From positions 67,766,001 through 67,830,000 of the forward strand of contig OX597822.1 of the NCBI GenBank assembly GCA_951406725.2: DNA of 64,000 nt. The letters are read 5' to 3'. A program made the translations under genes and the position numbers. Below the pieces are notes generated by a model. It saw only the letters and a program-made list of their open reading frames with translations, made no database searches and was not told the origin of the DNA. This document shows, piece by piece, positions 26,836-42,349 of the stretch. This DNA is from Octopus vulgaris. Its lineage: Eukaryota. Positions within the stretch are counted from its first letter, which is position 1. Each line of letters opens with the position of its first letter.

Positions 26836-27364
26836 TAACAATAAAGGGTGAAATTAATTAATTTGGAATAATTATTAATTACACCAAGTAGATTTCGGTA
26901 TGTAAAAGCCTCATTCGAGGAAAATTTAAGTAATACTACCTTTAATTGCTTAGGCAATTCGTTGCTAAACCCTAAATTGCATATATTTCCTCCTTGCTTT
27001 CCTTTCTCCCTTTCTTCCTTTTCCCCCCAAAAAAACATAAACAACATTCTTCTCTTCTGAACAAAGCAAAGAAGCATCCGATTCATATAAATGAACAACA
27101 AAAGGTTTGGTTTTTACCATTTTGATTTTGATTTTGTCTCGACGAGTTCAATAAACGAACGAAAGCGCTATTAAAAAATTTCCAAAATTCTGACTGCCTC
27201 CCTTTTCTCAATATACAATAGATGTACACCACTTCAAACACTCTATACCTACATATATACATATATACCTATGCATATATATATACACATATATATTCAT
27301 ATGTGTGTGTATATATATATTTATATATTTACACATTCATATATACATATATATGTGTATGTGC

Positions 27365-27397
<33 letters not shown>

Positions 27398-27461
27398 GGT
27401 GTGGGTGTGTGGATGTGTATGTGTGTATGCGTATATAAATATATATATATATATATATAGG

Positions 27462-27534
<73 letters not shown>

Positions 27535-27539
27535 CTATA

Positions 27540-27735
27540 CTCTTTACTCTCTCTTTTACTTGTTTCAGTCATTTGACTGCGACCATGCTGGAGCACCGCC
27601 TTTAGTCGAGCAAATCGACCCCGGGACTTATTCTTTGTAAGCCCAGTACTTATTCTATCGGTCTCTTTTGCCGAACCGCTAAGTGACGGGGACGTAAACA
27701 CACCATGCATCGGTTCTCAAGCAATGCTAGGGGGA

Positions 27736-27815
<80 letters not shown>

Positions 27816-27980
27816 TACGACAGGCTTCTTTCAGTTTCCGTCTACCAAATCCATTCACAAGGCATTCGTCGGCCCGGGGCTACAGCAGAAGACACCTGCC
27901 CAAGATGCCACGCAGTGGGACTGAACCTGGAACCATGTGGTTGGTTAGCAAGCTACTTACCACACAGCCACTCCTGCGCC
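27540..27980 (-). mobile_element. SINE family B
   Basis: Reverse complement of the family-B consensus, with internal (CA)n(TA)n. Confidence 0.9.
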
Positions 27981-28045
<65 letters not shown>

Positions 28046-28202
28046 TGATATATATACACACGCACACAGAACATATATATCATCACATGCTTTGAAGCTC
28101 TACTTTTGACACGTTTTATACTAAACAATTCAGTCCTTGTGGCCATAAAGCAATGCTAACATTTATTATCACTGTTATGACATTCAGCTGAAATAATAAT
28201 AA

Positions 28203-28252
<50 letters not shown>

Positions 28253-29009
28253 ACGGTAGCAACAGCGATAGTAGTCGAAATTAGACGATACAATGCAATA
28301 TGTATTGAAACCATTCACACACACATACACACACACACAAAGAGAACTTGGCTGCATGGTGGACGGAAGTGATTTTAAACACGTTTCTAATTTCTACGCA
28401 ATTTGCTTCTACACGCATCTGGAAAATAAACAGAACCAGTAGAAATGGTATTTTTCCTGGAATAACGAAGGCAATATCAATGCCACACGCAGATCACACA
28501 GAAGAACATACTAATCCCTAAACTTGTTTGCTGAATTTCATCTGATACGTGCATCAATTACTTAGTCGTGTATTAGACTCAATACATCAGCGCCATATTT
28601 AATTAATGACGTTTGTACATGCAATATTATCGTTTGTTACGAACAGGCGTTCGTAACGTTTCGTTATGGATTCAGACTTAATCTGGAAAACTCCAGAGAA
28701 ATGGTTAACAGTTGATGTGCGTTTGTCATCAGTCAACTCGCAAGTGGCAAGATCTGTACCAACAGGTGCAATAAATTGTTTTAATGGTCATTATCATTTT
28801 CAATGTGACAAAATAAAACTGGAATTTCACAGCCAAATCGACGACGACTATGACGACGACGACAGCTGAGTGTATCCCTGATGATGTAGTTGAGAATGAA
28901 ATTGGAAAAACAACCACAACAGAAGCTGGAACCGTAATAACAAGGGGGGCGACAGAGAAGGAAGGAATTGAGAGATAGATATATAGAAAGTGACAGAATA
29001 GAAAGTAGA

Positions 29010-29750
29010 TGATGAGGATGGTAGTGGTGGTTCTAGTGGTAGTTGTGGTGATGATAGTGGTGGTGGTGGTGGTGGTGGTGGTGGTGGTGGTGGTGGTGGT
29101 GGTGGTGGTGGATGGAATGAGGATGATGGTGGCGATCATGGTAATGGTGGTGGTGGAGGTGGTTTTGTTGGTTTGTGGTGAAGGTGATGGTGGCGATGGT
29201 GGTGGTACCGTGTGATGAAGAAGACAACGGTGACAACGACTATTATGGTGGTGGTGGTGGTGGTGGTGGTGGTGGTGGTAGTTGTGGTGGTGATGGTGGT
29301 GGTTTTTGGTGGTTGTGGTTGTGGTGGTCGTCGTAATTTTTTGTGGTGGTGGTGATGGTGGTGGTGGTTGTGGTGGTGGTGGTGGTGGTGGTGGTGGTAG
29401 TGGTGGTGGTAGTGGTGGTGGTGGTGGTAGTTGTGGTGGTGGTGTGGCGGCAGTGGTGGTGGTGCTGGTGGAAGTGGCATTACTGATCGTGAAGATGGTG
29501 GCGTTGGTAGTGATGACGATGATGGTAGCGGCGATAGAATTAGTGGTGGTGGTGATGATGGTGGTGTTGGTAGTGGTCGTTATCGCGCTTGTGATGAAGG
29601 CAGTGGTGATGATGAGGATGACGACGAAAATGACAATGACCATGGTAGTGGTGGAAGTGATGGTGATGGTGGTGATGATGGCGGCGGCAGAAGCGGCATC
29701 GGAGGTGGTGGTAATAGTAGTTGTTGTGCTCATGGTAACGATGATAATTG
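29010..29750. repeat. (GGT)n-dominated low-complexity block
   Basis: Degenerate GGT/GAT trinucleotide array. Confidence 0.9.
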
Positions 29751-30726
29751 AGAAGGGGGTTGAGCAGGAGCAGAGTAGGTGTAAGTGTAGAAAAAGGATC
29801 AAATAGAATCAAAGAGGATTTAAACAACTTACGAAAGAATCTCTTACGAACAGCAGACGAAGAATAATGGATAAACAAAGGATTTGGAAATAGCATCAGA
29901 AGCAACTAAACACTGCAATACAGGACTTCCTGTGAACGACTTACGCTAAGATTGAGTAACACGACAGCAAACTTTTGGTAGGGGAAGATATATATATTGG
30001 AGCAGGCATGAGAATTCCTGCCTTGAGAAGAACCCATTTCGGGGGTGTATATATATATACATATATATATATATATACACACATATATATTCATATATAG
30101 CCCGCTAAGACCTATCACTCACCTATTGATATGCGAACTGTATGTATGTACATGCATATGTGCATGCATTTGGTACCTGTGTGGATATATATGTATGTAG
30201 ATTTAGACTAAAGTATCGATTTTCGCTGTATAATATATGAATATAATGACATTGTATATTGTGACATTGTATATTGTTTTGCATTATTTTATTATATTGA
30301 ATTAATTAATTTACTGGCGTGTTACACTGTATTTATGCTGTAATTTATGTGGTATTTTCCATCTACTATGTATTGTGAATAGCAGAATGCACATATTTCT
30401 TTATTGGTATTATTAATAATAATAATAATATTAATAGTTTTTAGTAATGTAATACAATGAACTTTGGACTTCGTATATGTACACTGTGATGTGGATATAT
30501 ATATATATATATATGTATATTCCAGTATATAGATCTGATTAACTGTAACCTTATGTGTATGTATATTATTATGTATATACTTATATATATGTATATGTAG
30601 GGGTATATACACTTATATGTATATGTATATATGTATATATGCATATTCTTGTATATGTGTACCTTCTTTAATATTCATATTTGCATTTTATATCTTCATT
30701 TTATATCTTTATAATTGTACTTTATA

Positions 30727-30844
30727 ATCTCTGACGAGGCCTTGAGATAGGTTACTCATTTTTAACTGCATATTACCTCAATACATCTAACTAATATGGG
30801 CATAATGAGATACTCTTATCTACAGGCTGAAACAGCTGTAAGAT
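30727..30844 (+). ncRNA. Type I hammerhead ribozyme with extended stem II
   Basis: aucu-CUGACGA-ggccu...(long imperfect hairpin)...aggcu-GAAAC-AGCU-GUA^-agau. Stem III ACAGCUGU is palindromic. Predicted cleavage after 30840. Confidence 0.8.
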
Positions 30845-31645
30845 CCATTTTGTATCCATTTTATATGTATTATTCTTATGGTATTATCTTACTTCTTGAT
30901 GTATATTGTTTTATTCTGTATTATTCTGTTGGATTTGGATGTTCCTATTTAATCTAAATAATTAGTTAATAAATTATATGAATTGGTATTATCTGGTAGT
31001 TGATGATTGAAAGAAATCGATTCCTCCATTTTCTTATTTTGTATATAAATGTTTTTATTTCTCCTCTAGTTTCAGAATTACTACTATTTTTACAGTTTTG
31101 AGTTTAGCTGCTCTTTTCAAGTGAGTCGAACGACCTGTAAGGGTCTTTCCTTAATTTTGTTGTATATACATATATATATATGTTCGCAACACAAGTGATT
31201 GTTAATTCATTGTCTTCCTACAATTTCGATTGAGCACGCAGTAAGCTGTGAAATCTGTGATTGACAACGCTCAAGGAAACAGAAATGCATCTTGCGTTCT
31301 CACAAGCCGGGTCTTCCATCGATTTAAAATGTGTTTTTTTTTAAATATTATATATCAATAAGAGGTATTAATTCCAGTCTAATACCGAAGTTAATTTGCT
31401 TTTCACAGTATTTCCATTAACTGAGATACATGAATATATATTTTGATCTAATACATCTCCAATTGCATCTTTATATTTATATTTATTTGTGTATTTATAT
31501 ACATGTGTGTGTGTGTTTATGAAGGAAGCAAATGTATATATATATATATTTGAAAATGGGTGAATATGTACTTTTATCAAGCGACAAACTTTCACTGTCA
31601 CATTCAGATACCTATTTAAATATCTTTATATTTCCGCTGAACAGC

Positions 31646-31743
<98 letters not shown>

Positions 31744-31997
31744 CTATCTATCTATCTAGCTATCTCTCCGTACGTGTTGTGTGTGTGAACTCGTGCGTGT
31801 GTATCTGTACCAACCGCCTGTCTATATCTGTATTTGTTTGTGACTTGCCTCATTAAATGCACCCGTTCATACGAGTATATACGTTAATGTATATCTAAGT
31901 ACATGCTTGCTTCTGTGTACCAGTCTTTTCCTAATTACGATAAACGAGATAATATGAAAACCTATACGCTATCCTTCAATATAAAGTACATTTTGCA

Positions 31998-32041
<44 letters not shown>

Positions 32042-32142
32042 TTTCCTTTTGTTTATCATTGTTATTAAATTTGGAGATGCATTTCTTTAAATGGGCGTAT
32101 ATTTATAGGTTAGAAAGATTTCTAATAATAATAATAATAATG

Positions 32143-32212
<70 letters not shown>

Positions 32213-32324
32213 CAACAACAACAATAACAGCAACAACAATGATAATAATAATTTTTTTTTTCTTTGATGGTGTCAAGGAATGTAATACACCAAAAGAATA
32301 CTCTATCACTTTTAGTTGACATAC

Positions 32325-32433
32325 GCATATGGAATTGGGCGTTTCTGCAAATCTTCTGTGGAAACTGTTGAAAGAGTACACCTTTCTTGAGATATTAATC
32401 TTTTGAAATCACTGTACAAAAGATGTTTTCCTT
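32325..32433 (-). CDS. Candidate internal exon of an unidentified host gene
   Basis: Polypyrimidine tract plus tttaacctag acceptor, gtatgt donor, one open frame ([35 protein letters not shown]). No recognised homology. Confidence 0.3.
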
Positions 32434-32508
32434 CTAGGTTAAACAAAGAAAAAAATAACAATGAAAAAACACAATCATCATCATATACATATATATATAC
32501 ATTTATAA

Positions 32509-32655
<147 letters not shown>

Positions 32656-32954
32656 TGTGTGTATGTATGTATAAAGTATGTTTGCGAATAGCAACACAAG
32701 AAAACATTAAAACATTAATAGAAAGAAGTGGAAAGCAAACAATATCCGCAGAGTTATTCGGAATTATGTCACTTGGCTTAGATAGATAGCTTCTATTAAA
32801 TTACTGTGTGAAAATACTTTCGAACCCTTTTTTTTTTAATTTTCTTAATGTATTTAACAGTTTAGAGCGAACGAGTACGAAACAATGACGGCGACTACGA
32901 TAGTAATACTAACAACAACGGCAGCAACAACATAATTATGACAGTAGATTGTAT

Positions 32955-32999
<45 letters not shown>

Positions 33000-33002
33000 G
33001 AA

Positions 33003-33035
<33 letters not shown>

Positions 33036-33080
33036 TAGTAGTAGTGATGGTGGTGGAGGTGGTGATGGTGGTGGTGGTGA

Positions 33081-33127
<47 letters not shown>

Positions 33128-33251
33128 ATAATGGTTTTAATACATGACGAAAACGTAAGTATGAGATCAGACACAGTACAAGAAACAACAAAAAAAAAAC
33201 ATGAAGCTAGAAAGGTATTAGTGATCTCTCATCGAGATTGCTATGTCTCAA

Positions 33252-33460
33252 GGCGACGAGCTGGCAGAATCGTTAACACGCCGGCCGAAAATGCTTAGCG
33301 GTATTTCGTCTGTCTTTACATTCTGAGTTCAAATTCCCCCGAGGTCTACTTTGCCTTTCATCCTTTCGAGGTCGATAAATTAAGTACCGGTTGTGTACTG
33401 GGACTGATCTAATCGACTAGCCCCTCTCCCCCAAAAATTTCGGCCCTTGTGCCTGGAAAA
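33252..33460 (+). mobile_element. SINE family A
   Basis: Head and core match the family. Confidence 0.88.
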
Positions 33461-33484
33461 GCCAAGATTATTTACTATTTACTT

Positions 33485-33800
33485 ATTTACTAATCCGGAA
33501 CTTGCGTCAGTCTTTGTGGTAAATCCTTGTAGTTTTCACACCAACGTTTCCAATTGTTTATCATCCGCAGCGTACAACTGATATTCGTTCCCATATACAA
33601 GTTTGTTCATTTTCTTAAGGTAGAATTTTTTTATTTTTTTCCTTTTGGAAACTCAAGTCATATTTAACATGTCGGTCAAAGGCGTTAGCGCCTGACAGAA
33701 AAGAAATGGAAAGAGTCACTTTGGAATTTTACCATTCCAATGGCTGGTATTTTATATTTCTCTCTTTTGTTACTGTTTACAAAATTGTCATTTATTCATG
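33485..33800 (-). pseudogene. Highly decayed R4/Dong-like LINE RT fragment
   Basis: FQSDS..FLFCQALTPLTDML (QGDSLSP motif) and KMNKLVYGNEYQLYAADDKQLETLV (decayed HLLYMDDLKLYA). Confidence 0.6.
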
Positions 33801-34178
33801 ACATGTTTTATGGATCTTCCTTTTCCGGCCCTAACTTATCGTTAATATTGTCAGGAACAAGGTGTAAAATTTACTGTCAAGAGCCTTCAGGTAGTAACTC
33901 GTATATACTTAGACCTGTTTTATCCTTCTGTTGTTCTCGGTTATAGATTTTTTCTTTTACCTGTAATTGATCTTTGTAGTTATATGAAACTTTATATCAT
34001 TCGTTCTCATCTTTTGTAAACTTGTTTTATTTGGTGTGGGTGTGTGATTAAGACATTCGCTTTGCTGCCACATGATTTCAGGTTCGGATCTATTGCACGA
34101 CGGCTTGGACGAGTGTCTTCCACTATAGCTCTGGGCCGACCAGTGCCTTGTGAGTGAATTTGGTAGACAGAGAACGAG

Positions 34179-34243
<65 letters not shown>

Positions 34244-36590
34244 TGACAAGCAGGCAGGTAGGCAGGTAGACAGACAGACAGACAGACAGACAGATACATA
34301 CATACATACATACATACATAATGGTGATAATGGTGATGATGATGATGGTGAGGGAAATGGGGGGGATGGTGGTGGCGATGATGATGATGTTGGGGCTGGT
34401 GCTGCTGGTGCTGCTGTTGGTGGTGGTGTGGTAGCGGTGGTAGTGTTGTGATGGTGGTGGTAGTGGTGGGGGTGATGATGATAATGTGAGTTCTCCTGCT
34501 GCAGCTGCTGCTGCTGCTGCTGGTGATGATGGTGGCTCCAGCGTTTATTGGTTCGAAATTATCCTCTATAATCAGCCCTAATACATTTATACCCTTGATC
34601 ATTAGGCTCATCATTAGGATACGATATTCTCAGAAAGGATTTTTCTTTCTTTCTTTTTCTTTTGTGTCTTTTTTTTTTCTTTTTAGTCTTTTCCCACTGG
34701 ATATTACTCAATGGCCGTACTATACAACAATGGCGATAAAATGCTTGAACTTGGTGGTATAAAAGAAAATCTATGCAGTATTCAATTATAACGTTGTTTC
34801 TAGGGAGAGAATCACTCTGTGAAAAGACCCTGCAGCCTTAACAATTCTCTTGTTAACGTCTGACCGATACGCTATAATTTCTTGAGAAATCGTTTGGTCA
34901 TTACTAGCAACAGATAACGTAGGAGAAACGTGACAGTACTGCTTCTACGAACGTCTCGTACGTATAATTGTACGCAGACTCGGTGGAACAACTACATCTG
35001 TGAATCCCAGTAATACAGTTTTAGATGGCTTCTGTAGAATGGACGAATTAGAATATGTCGAGAACATCACTTAGTTCTGTGAGATAAGAATAATTAATTA
35101 AACAATACTGAACTATCATTCTTGTGGATTTTCTGTTTCATTACCCAAATTAATTTATGATAGCTGGATAATTTCTCTCTTCCTCTTCTCTCATTCCACC
35201 CAACGAATCACAACTGTTGAAATACAAAATGGTAGCGGATATTTAGAAATATCAAATGCACGTTTTTCGAGAAATATTTCTAGATTTACAAATAGAGCTA
35301 AACACCTTCAAATCAAGAAATATATGGGTTACATATTCATGACACATATACTGACATATATATTTTATATTTATAGGCATATTATGGCAGAATGAGTGGG
35401 AAAAAATTCATGCTTCCCAGCTGCGAAATTTAATCCCAGTGTGTAGCATTTTGGATTAATGTTCATTTTCTGTAGCTTCGGCTCGATCAGATATTGTGAG
35501 CGAACCTGGAGTACACAGAAATTGTAAGGAAACCAGAAGGGTGTATTCAACGTATTTGAAAGGCTCTACCTTACTACATACTGTATCACGTTAATTCTTC
35601 CTCAGAATATTGCTAGAGATACATGTACTCATGGAATGCTCAGCCACTTAGACGTTAATTCAGGGGTAGGTAATTCAGTTGATCGAACGCCTGAACCTTC
35701 GTCGACGATTACTGAAGATCCACAACCGTATCTTTACTCTCATACTTAGAAAGGTAAACATTTGATAACAACAGCTATGTTTCCTTCAAACGTGGATTGT
35801 TAGTATCTTGCACCTGATAATGTTCATTGTGCTTACACGTTTGAGAAATCATTCTAACAATTACATGCAGATAATCAACTGAGACGTTCCGCTCTTACTG
35901 ACAACTGTTGAAATTGCAATTTAGAGGAAATGTAACAATATATTTATAATTCGACAGAAATGACTTTCAGGCTAGTTATCATGCCAAAACAATCAGAAAA
36001 GTTTCTTGCAGCAAGGTGCCATCAACGTTAGATATTACCCCGGGCAATAATATATTACAAAAGATTACAACAGCCTTTGACCCAGAAAATACGGTTGATC
36101 TGTTAGACATCGTAACTAGTGGAAACAACTCCAAACCCTGAAGCTACAAGTCATTTAACTGAGTAAAGAGATAGATAAAGAGAGAGAGAGAGAGAGTGAG
36201 AGAGAAAGAGAGGGAGAGAGGGGAGGAAGGGAGGGGGAAAGGAGAGAGAGATGCTTCCATGCAATGTTAGAAGAATGTTCAAGATAAAGTAGCAACTTTT
36301 GGCACACGTAATATAATCGATTGAGAAACTGGAAGATATCAACCTCTAAATCCATTATCAGCTGATGTTAGCGTGAAATATTCACGTTATACTATTTCCT
36401 CATTTAGAAATATCCGGATGGTTCTAAACTGAAATGACTTGAAAATGTTGTTTATCGAAAACTTTAAATCGAACAGGTTCGATCAATTTTATGCTGAATT
36501 AAACTATTACATTATTTATAGTAACATAATTCTCACAGATAAACAGATAATCGTAAGGATATTATTAACATCTTCTAGAAATCAACTGTC

Positions 36591-36693
<103 letters not shown>

Positions 36694-36714
36694 GTGTGTG
36701 TGTGTGTGTATACC

Positions 36715-37170
36715 GGTGTGGTTGTGTGGTAAGAATCTTGCTTCACAATCATACGGTTTCAGGATCAGTCTCACTGCGTGGCACTTTGGCCAAGTGTATT
36801 AAACTATAGCCTCGGGACGACCAAAGCCTTCTGAGTGAATTTGGTAGACAGAAACTGAAAGGAATGTGTCGTATGTATGTGTATGTATGTATGTATGTAT
36901 GTATGTATGTATGTATGTATGTATGTATGTATGTATGTATGTATGTATGTATGTACATATATGTATGTATATATATGTAAATATACATATATATTTATGT
37001 GTTGTGTCTGTGTTTGCCCTCCCACCCAACGCTTGACAACCGATGTCGGTGTGTTTGGGCTCCCGTAATTTAACGGTTCGGCCAAATTGACCGATAGTAC
37101 AAGTACTAGATTTACAAAGAAAATCTTTAAGGCAGTGCTCCAGCATAGCCGCAGTCAAATGACTGAAGCA
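36715..37170 (+). mobile_element. SINE family B
   Basis: Head and core, internal (TATG)n, tail. Confidence 0.85.
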
Positions 37171-37329
37171 ATTATATGAAAGAATACATGCATATGTGTG
37201 TGTGTGTGTATGTCGTTATTCAGTTTTATTTCAAGATTTCTTGCCAATAGAGAAAGAACCGGTTTCTAACCTAGATCCAAGGTTCCTTCATTGAGAATTT
37301 CAATATCAGCAACAAGGTATTTTTGTTTG

Positions 37330-37363
<34 letters not shown>

Positions 37364-37628
37364 TGTATGTATGTATGTATGTATGTATGTATGTATGTAT
37401 GGATGGATGAATGGATGGATGGATGGATGGATGGATGGATGGATGGATGGATGGATATGTATAGCCTTTAGGTTTGTTTGCGAAAACATTTTTGAAGGTG
37501 CATACAAATGTTTCTATTCTATTATGCAGGCCACAGCCTAATGATGCTAACTGGCATCAGCAGTTTTTTTTAGGGTTGCACCAAGCTGTGCCGATATAAT
37601 GTAGGATAAATATAATAATAATAACAAT

Positions 37629-37661
<33 letters not shown>

Positions 37662-37820
37662 AATGATAATAATAATGATAATAATAATCACGGGATGGAA
37701 TATATAAATATTTTAATGCGTTGCTACGCGCGTTTTTGTGGAAGTTTGCGTAGCGAAACATTAAAACATTTATAAATTCCATTCATGGATCGTTGTGAAT
37801 GTGTGTGTGTGTGTTTATGT

Positions 37821-37876
<56 letters not shown>

Positions 37877-37970
37877 GTGTGTGCGTGTATCAGGTTTGTC
37901 TATCAGGTTGAATAATAAGTAGACATAAAGAATTTATACCGAAATTTTGCAGATTTTAAAAATGTTTTGA

Positions 37971-38374
37971 AGGAGTGGCTGTGTGGTAAGTAGCTTGTTT
38001 ACCAACCACATGGTTCCGGGTTCAGTCCCACTGCGTGGCACCTTGGGCAAGTGTCTTCTACTATAGCCTCGGGCCGACCAATGCCTTGTGAGTGGATTTG
38101 GTAGACGGAAACTGAAAGAAGCCCGTCGTATATATGTATATATATGCGTGTGTGTGTTTGTGTGTCTGTGTTTGTCCCCCTAGCATTGCTTGACAACCGA
38201 TGCTGGTGTGTTTATGTCCCCGTTACTTAGCGGTTCGGCAAAAGAGACCGATAGAATAAGTACTGGGCTTACAAAAGAATAAGTCCCGGTGTCGAGTTGC
38301 TCAATTAAAGGTGGTGCTCCAGCATGGCCGCAGTCAAATGACTGAAACAAGTAAAAGAGTAAAAGAGTAAAGAG
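37971..38374 (+). mobile_element. SINE family B (young-looking copy)
   Basis: Close to the in-window consensus, with a (gtaaaaga)n tail. Confidence 0.92.
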
Positions 38375-38409
38375 TTCTTTTGTAATTGAGTGAATATACA
38401 GGCATAGAC

Positions 38410-39540
38410 TTGCCTAAATGCATAAGTAAATTAACATTGATATTTTTTTTCAGCGTTGTTACAATCATCAGAAAGGGAGCTGTCACAGCGCGATTTTCGA
38501 GCAATTTTGTTATTCAACTTCAAAAAAGCAGCTGAAACTGTTCGCCATATCAACGAAACATTTGGATAGGAAGTGACCAGTTTAAACGATTTCGCAGTTG
38601 AGACCTGAACCTTGAATATCGTCAGCATACTGGACGCCCATCTATCATCGATGACGGTGAATTAAAGACCGTCTTTGAGAAAGACCCACATAAATCCACT
38701 CGAGAAGTGGCAAAAGAACTTCAAGTTAGCCAGAAAACTGCCTGCAACCATTTGCATGCGATCGGAAAATTAAAAAAGATGGACAAATGGGTACCACACG
38801 ATTTGAATGAAAATCAGAAAATGCTCGTTGCTCCTTCTCCGTAACTAGACAGATCCATTTCTCGACTGCATTGTAACTTGCCATGAAATGTGGATTCTGT
38901 ACAATAATGAAAAACGTTCTGCGCAATGGTTGGACCAAAATGAAGCACCGACGACCTTCCCTAAACCCTAACGCTTCACAAAGAAAGTTGTGGTGACTGT
39001 TTGGTAGTGTTCTGCTGGATTTCTTAAAATCCGGAAAAGCCATTACTTTTTATAACCTGGAAAAACCATTACTGCAGAAACATATTGCCATGGAATTGCC
39101 AAAATGAACGAAAACTGCCACTCCGCCGTCCCAGACTGGTCAACAGAAGAGGGTCTATCATTAGTCATGACAATATTCGACCACACATTTCACTAATGAT
39201 GGTCCAGAAGTTGAGAGAACTTGGCTACGAAATTCTTCTCCCCCCATCTTATTCCCCAGACCTTTTCCTATCGCCTATCACTTTTTGAAGCACCTTGATG
39301 GTTTCTCGCGAGAGAAGGAGTTCACAAATCAGATCGATGCTAAAAGTGTGCTCAAAGAGTTCATCAGCTCAAGAATTTCAGATTTATATGTTACCGTAAT
39401 AAACAAACTTGTAACTCGTTGGCAAAAATGTGTTGATTGTAGTGATACTTACTTTGAAGAACAAAATTTCCGCATTGTTGAAATATATTGTGATGAATTT
39501 CATATTTCAAAATGTTGCTTACTTTTTACTCATCCTGGTA
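38410..39540 (+). mobile_element. Near-full-length mariner with pseudogenised transposase
   Basis: AAETVRHINETFG, TGRPSIIDDGELK, KWVPHDLNENQK, IVTCHEMWILYNN, HDNIRPH, PSYSPDL. 3' TIR ...actttttactcatcctggTA. Confidence 0.92.
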
Positions 39541-39553
39541 TATATATATATAT

Positions 39554-39723
39554 GGGTGCAGGAGTGGCTGTGTAGTAAGAAGCTTGCTTCCCAACCATAT
39601 GGTCCCGGGTTCAGTCCCACTACCCAGCTAACTTGGGCAGATGTCTTCTACTGTAGCCTCGGTCTGGCCAAAACCTTGTGAGAGGATTTGGTAGACGGAA
39701 ACTGAAAGAAGCCCGTCGTACAC

Positions 39724-39813
<90 letters not shown>

Positions 39814-39946
39814 GTATGCATGTATGTATGTATGTATATATATATATAGTCTTACAAAGAATAAGTCCATGGGTCAATTTGTTCGACCAAAGGTGGTGCT
39901 CCAGGATAACCGCAGTCAAATAATTGAAACAAGTAAAAAAATAAAA

Positions 39947-39949
<3 letters not shown>
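39554..39949 (+). mobile_element. SINE family B with internal deletion
   Basis: Head and core, (TA)n, then the distal tail only. Confidence 0.85.
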
Positions 39950-40002
<53 letters not shown>

Positions 40003-40087
40003 ATATATATATATGTATGTGTGTGTATGTGTATATATATATTATGTATGTATATATGTGTGTACATGTATATTTATGTATATGTTA

Positions 40088-40138
<51 letters not shown>

Positions 40139-40277
40139 GCGTGTGTGAATGTACGAGAGAGATAGACAGAGTACATGTGTACGCATATTTTTTATTACGC
40201 ATTATAAACGCATATGGTGTTTTAGGTTCTGGCGTAGCTGTACTTAGAAACAAATATATTTCCATTAGAAATATATT

Positions 40278-40359
<82 letters not shown>

Positions 40360-41593
40360 AATATATGTACAGTTTTATTTCCTCATCAATAACTGTTGCC
40401 TAATCGATCGCGTTAGCTTCAACGAAACACTTTTACCTTGTATGTTACACCTTGCCAAATTCTGAAAAGGCAATGAAATTTTATTGGAGTACGCGTAACG
40501 TGTTGTATATTGTAAGAAATGATTGACAACAACCATCATTCCGTTCTGGTCTAGATTGTTCCTGCTGGCAACATTCATTCTGTAAGATCCGTTTGATTTA
40601 TTCTGAAGATTGCCTCACCGGTCAAGTGTCCTTTCCTTAGTATTGGGAAATAATATCCGGAGAATCACGACCTATGCTCTAACTGCTTGTATCTTAGAGA
40701 ACGCATATGTTAAAGCGCTTCTAACCTTTAAGTAACGGCAGCTTCGTATTCAGTATTATCGAAAACTGTAGCACGATGTTCGGACAATTACAATTACTGT
40801 TCTGAAACCTTCTAAGTTGTGAGAATTTTGGTATTAATATATAGCGTAGGGAAAGGGAAATTCTGTCAGAATAATATCAAAATAGTTCCCATCATTTCTG
40901 TCTATGAGACTGACATCGATGGTTCTATTGTTGTTTGTCCCCGGGTCGGTTGCGAACCTAGCACACATACGTCCAAATGCATTCGAGCAACGTCAATACA
41001 ATCTCTTTTTTCCAGACTATATTAATGTATACTTCCTTTCTGAGATGGCATGGCGTCGTTTCAAGTAGATTCGACTGTTCTTTCTCGCAACCGGGTTATG
41101 GGGTGTCGGAGACCCCTTAGGTTGAGATATGACAGTTAATAATAATGGTAAAATATTTTATTGATTGTAATAATTTCAAAGAGATGGGGAAGCTGAAATA
41201 CTGGTAAGCATTAGATTGATGGCATAATGACATTCATTGAGAGAGTTAGAGAATGTTTAAGATTAAGGGTTTAATATTGAACCCTATAAGGAATAGCAAA
41301 TGCAGCGTTATGAATTATATTGCTATAAATTACAGACCAGACTTGTTTATATCTCAATGAGTCACCATATGTTACCTTTCAGGTGTTTGAAGACTGCATG
41401 ATAAGACAGAATTTTCCCTATATTTTTTTCATTCTCATAACATATTATTTAATAAATATATTCCCGCAGCGAGGCACTTTGAGCAAGTGTTTTCTATTAC
41501 GCCGCGCCGATCGATGTTTTGTGTATGAATGAGTTACCACAGCTTTTGTAGAAAATGTGTGGTAACCCATCTTATATATAATATAGTGTGTGT

Positions 41594-41685
<92 letters not shown>

Positions 41686-41930
41686 GTTTCTTTATTGGCC
41701 ACACAGGGCTGCACACAGATGGGACAAATTACAAGGTAGAGCTTTTCTTTTGGGGGATGAAAAAAAACAAAAAACAAAAAAAACAAGAGAAACAAAAAAA
41801 AGTGGCGTAGGTTTTCGATCAAAAGGGATCGTGAAAGGGGAAAAAAGGAGAAAAGAAGAAACAAAAACCAAGAAAAGGGAAAAAAGAAGAGAAAGAGCAA
41901 AAAAGGGGAAGAGAAAAAGAAAAAAAAAGA
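41686..41930 (-). mobile_element. LINE 3' end within (GATA)n
   Basis: Same family as 2771 and 63568. GATA repeats on both sides. Confidence 0.75.
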
Positions 41931-42154
41931 TAGATAGATGTTCCTATGTGTGTGTGCATTTTCAACAAGTAGTATAACACTTAGGAGAGTAAAGATATAT
42001 CTTGTTTTTATCAGCTTGATAAATGGCAAATTGAATTAATATTTCGAGCAGGAAACTCTGAGTAGCTTAGATTTCACAAGGCTTTTTGTGGATTTAATAA
42101 TAATACTAATACATATGTAAGTATGTATGTACTTAAGTATGTACTTAAGCATGC

Positions 42155-42231
<77 letters not shown>

Positions 42232-42349
42232 TGTGTGTTCCTTTGCGTTTGTTCCTCAGCACCGCTTGACATCCTTTCAAGTTAGTACATTACTGAAACC
42301 AAGTAAACGATAAAAGCTTACATACAACTGAAGCTTGCCTGATTTATTG

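Noticed and set aside
28878-28915. CTGATGA...GAAA on the plus strand
   Set aside because: No stem II or stem I pairing, so likely a chance motif.
28729-29802. 357-aa Thr/Pro/His-rich ORF (and the similar ORFs at 59854-60433)
   Set aside because: (GGT)n low-complexity arrays that are open in several frames on both strands.
37245-37300. HHR-like hairpin plus GAAACCGGUU on the minus strand
   Set aside because: The 5' core reads UCAAUGA rather than CUGANGA and stem I is weak. It needs a family consensus before being called.
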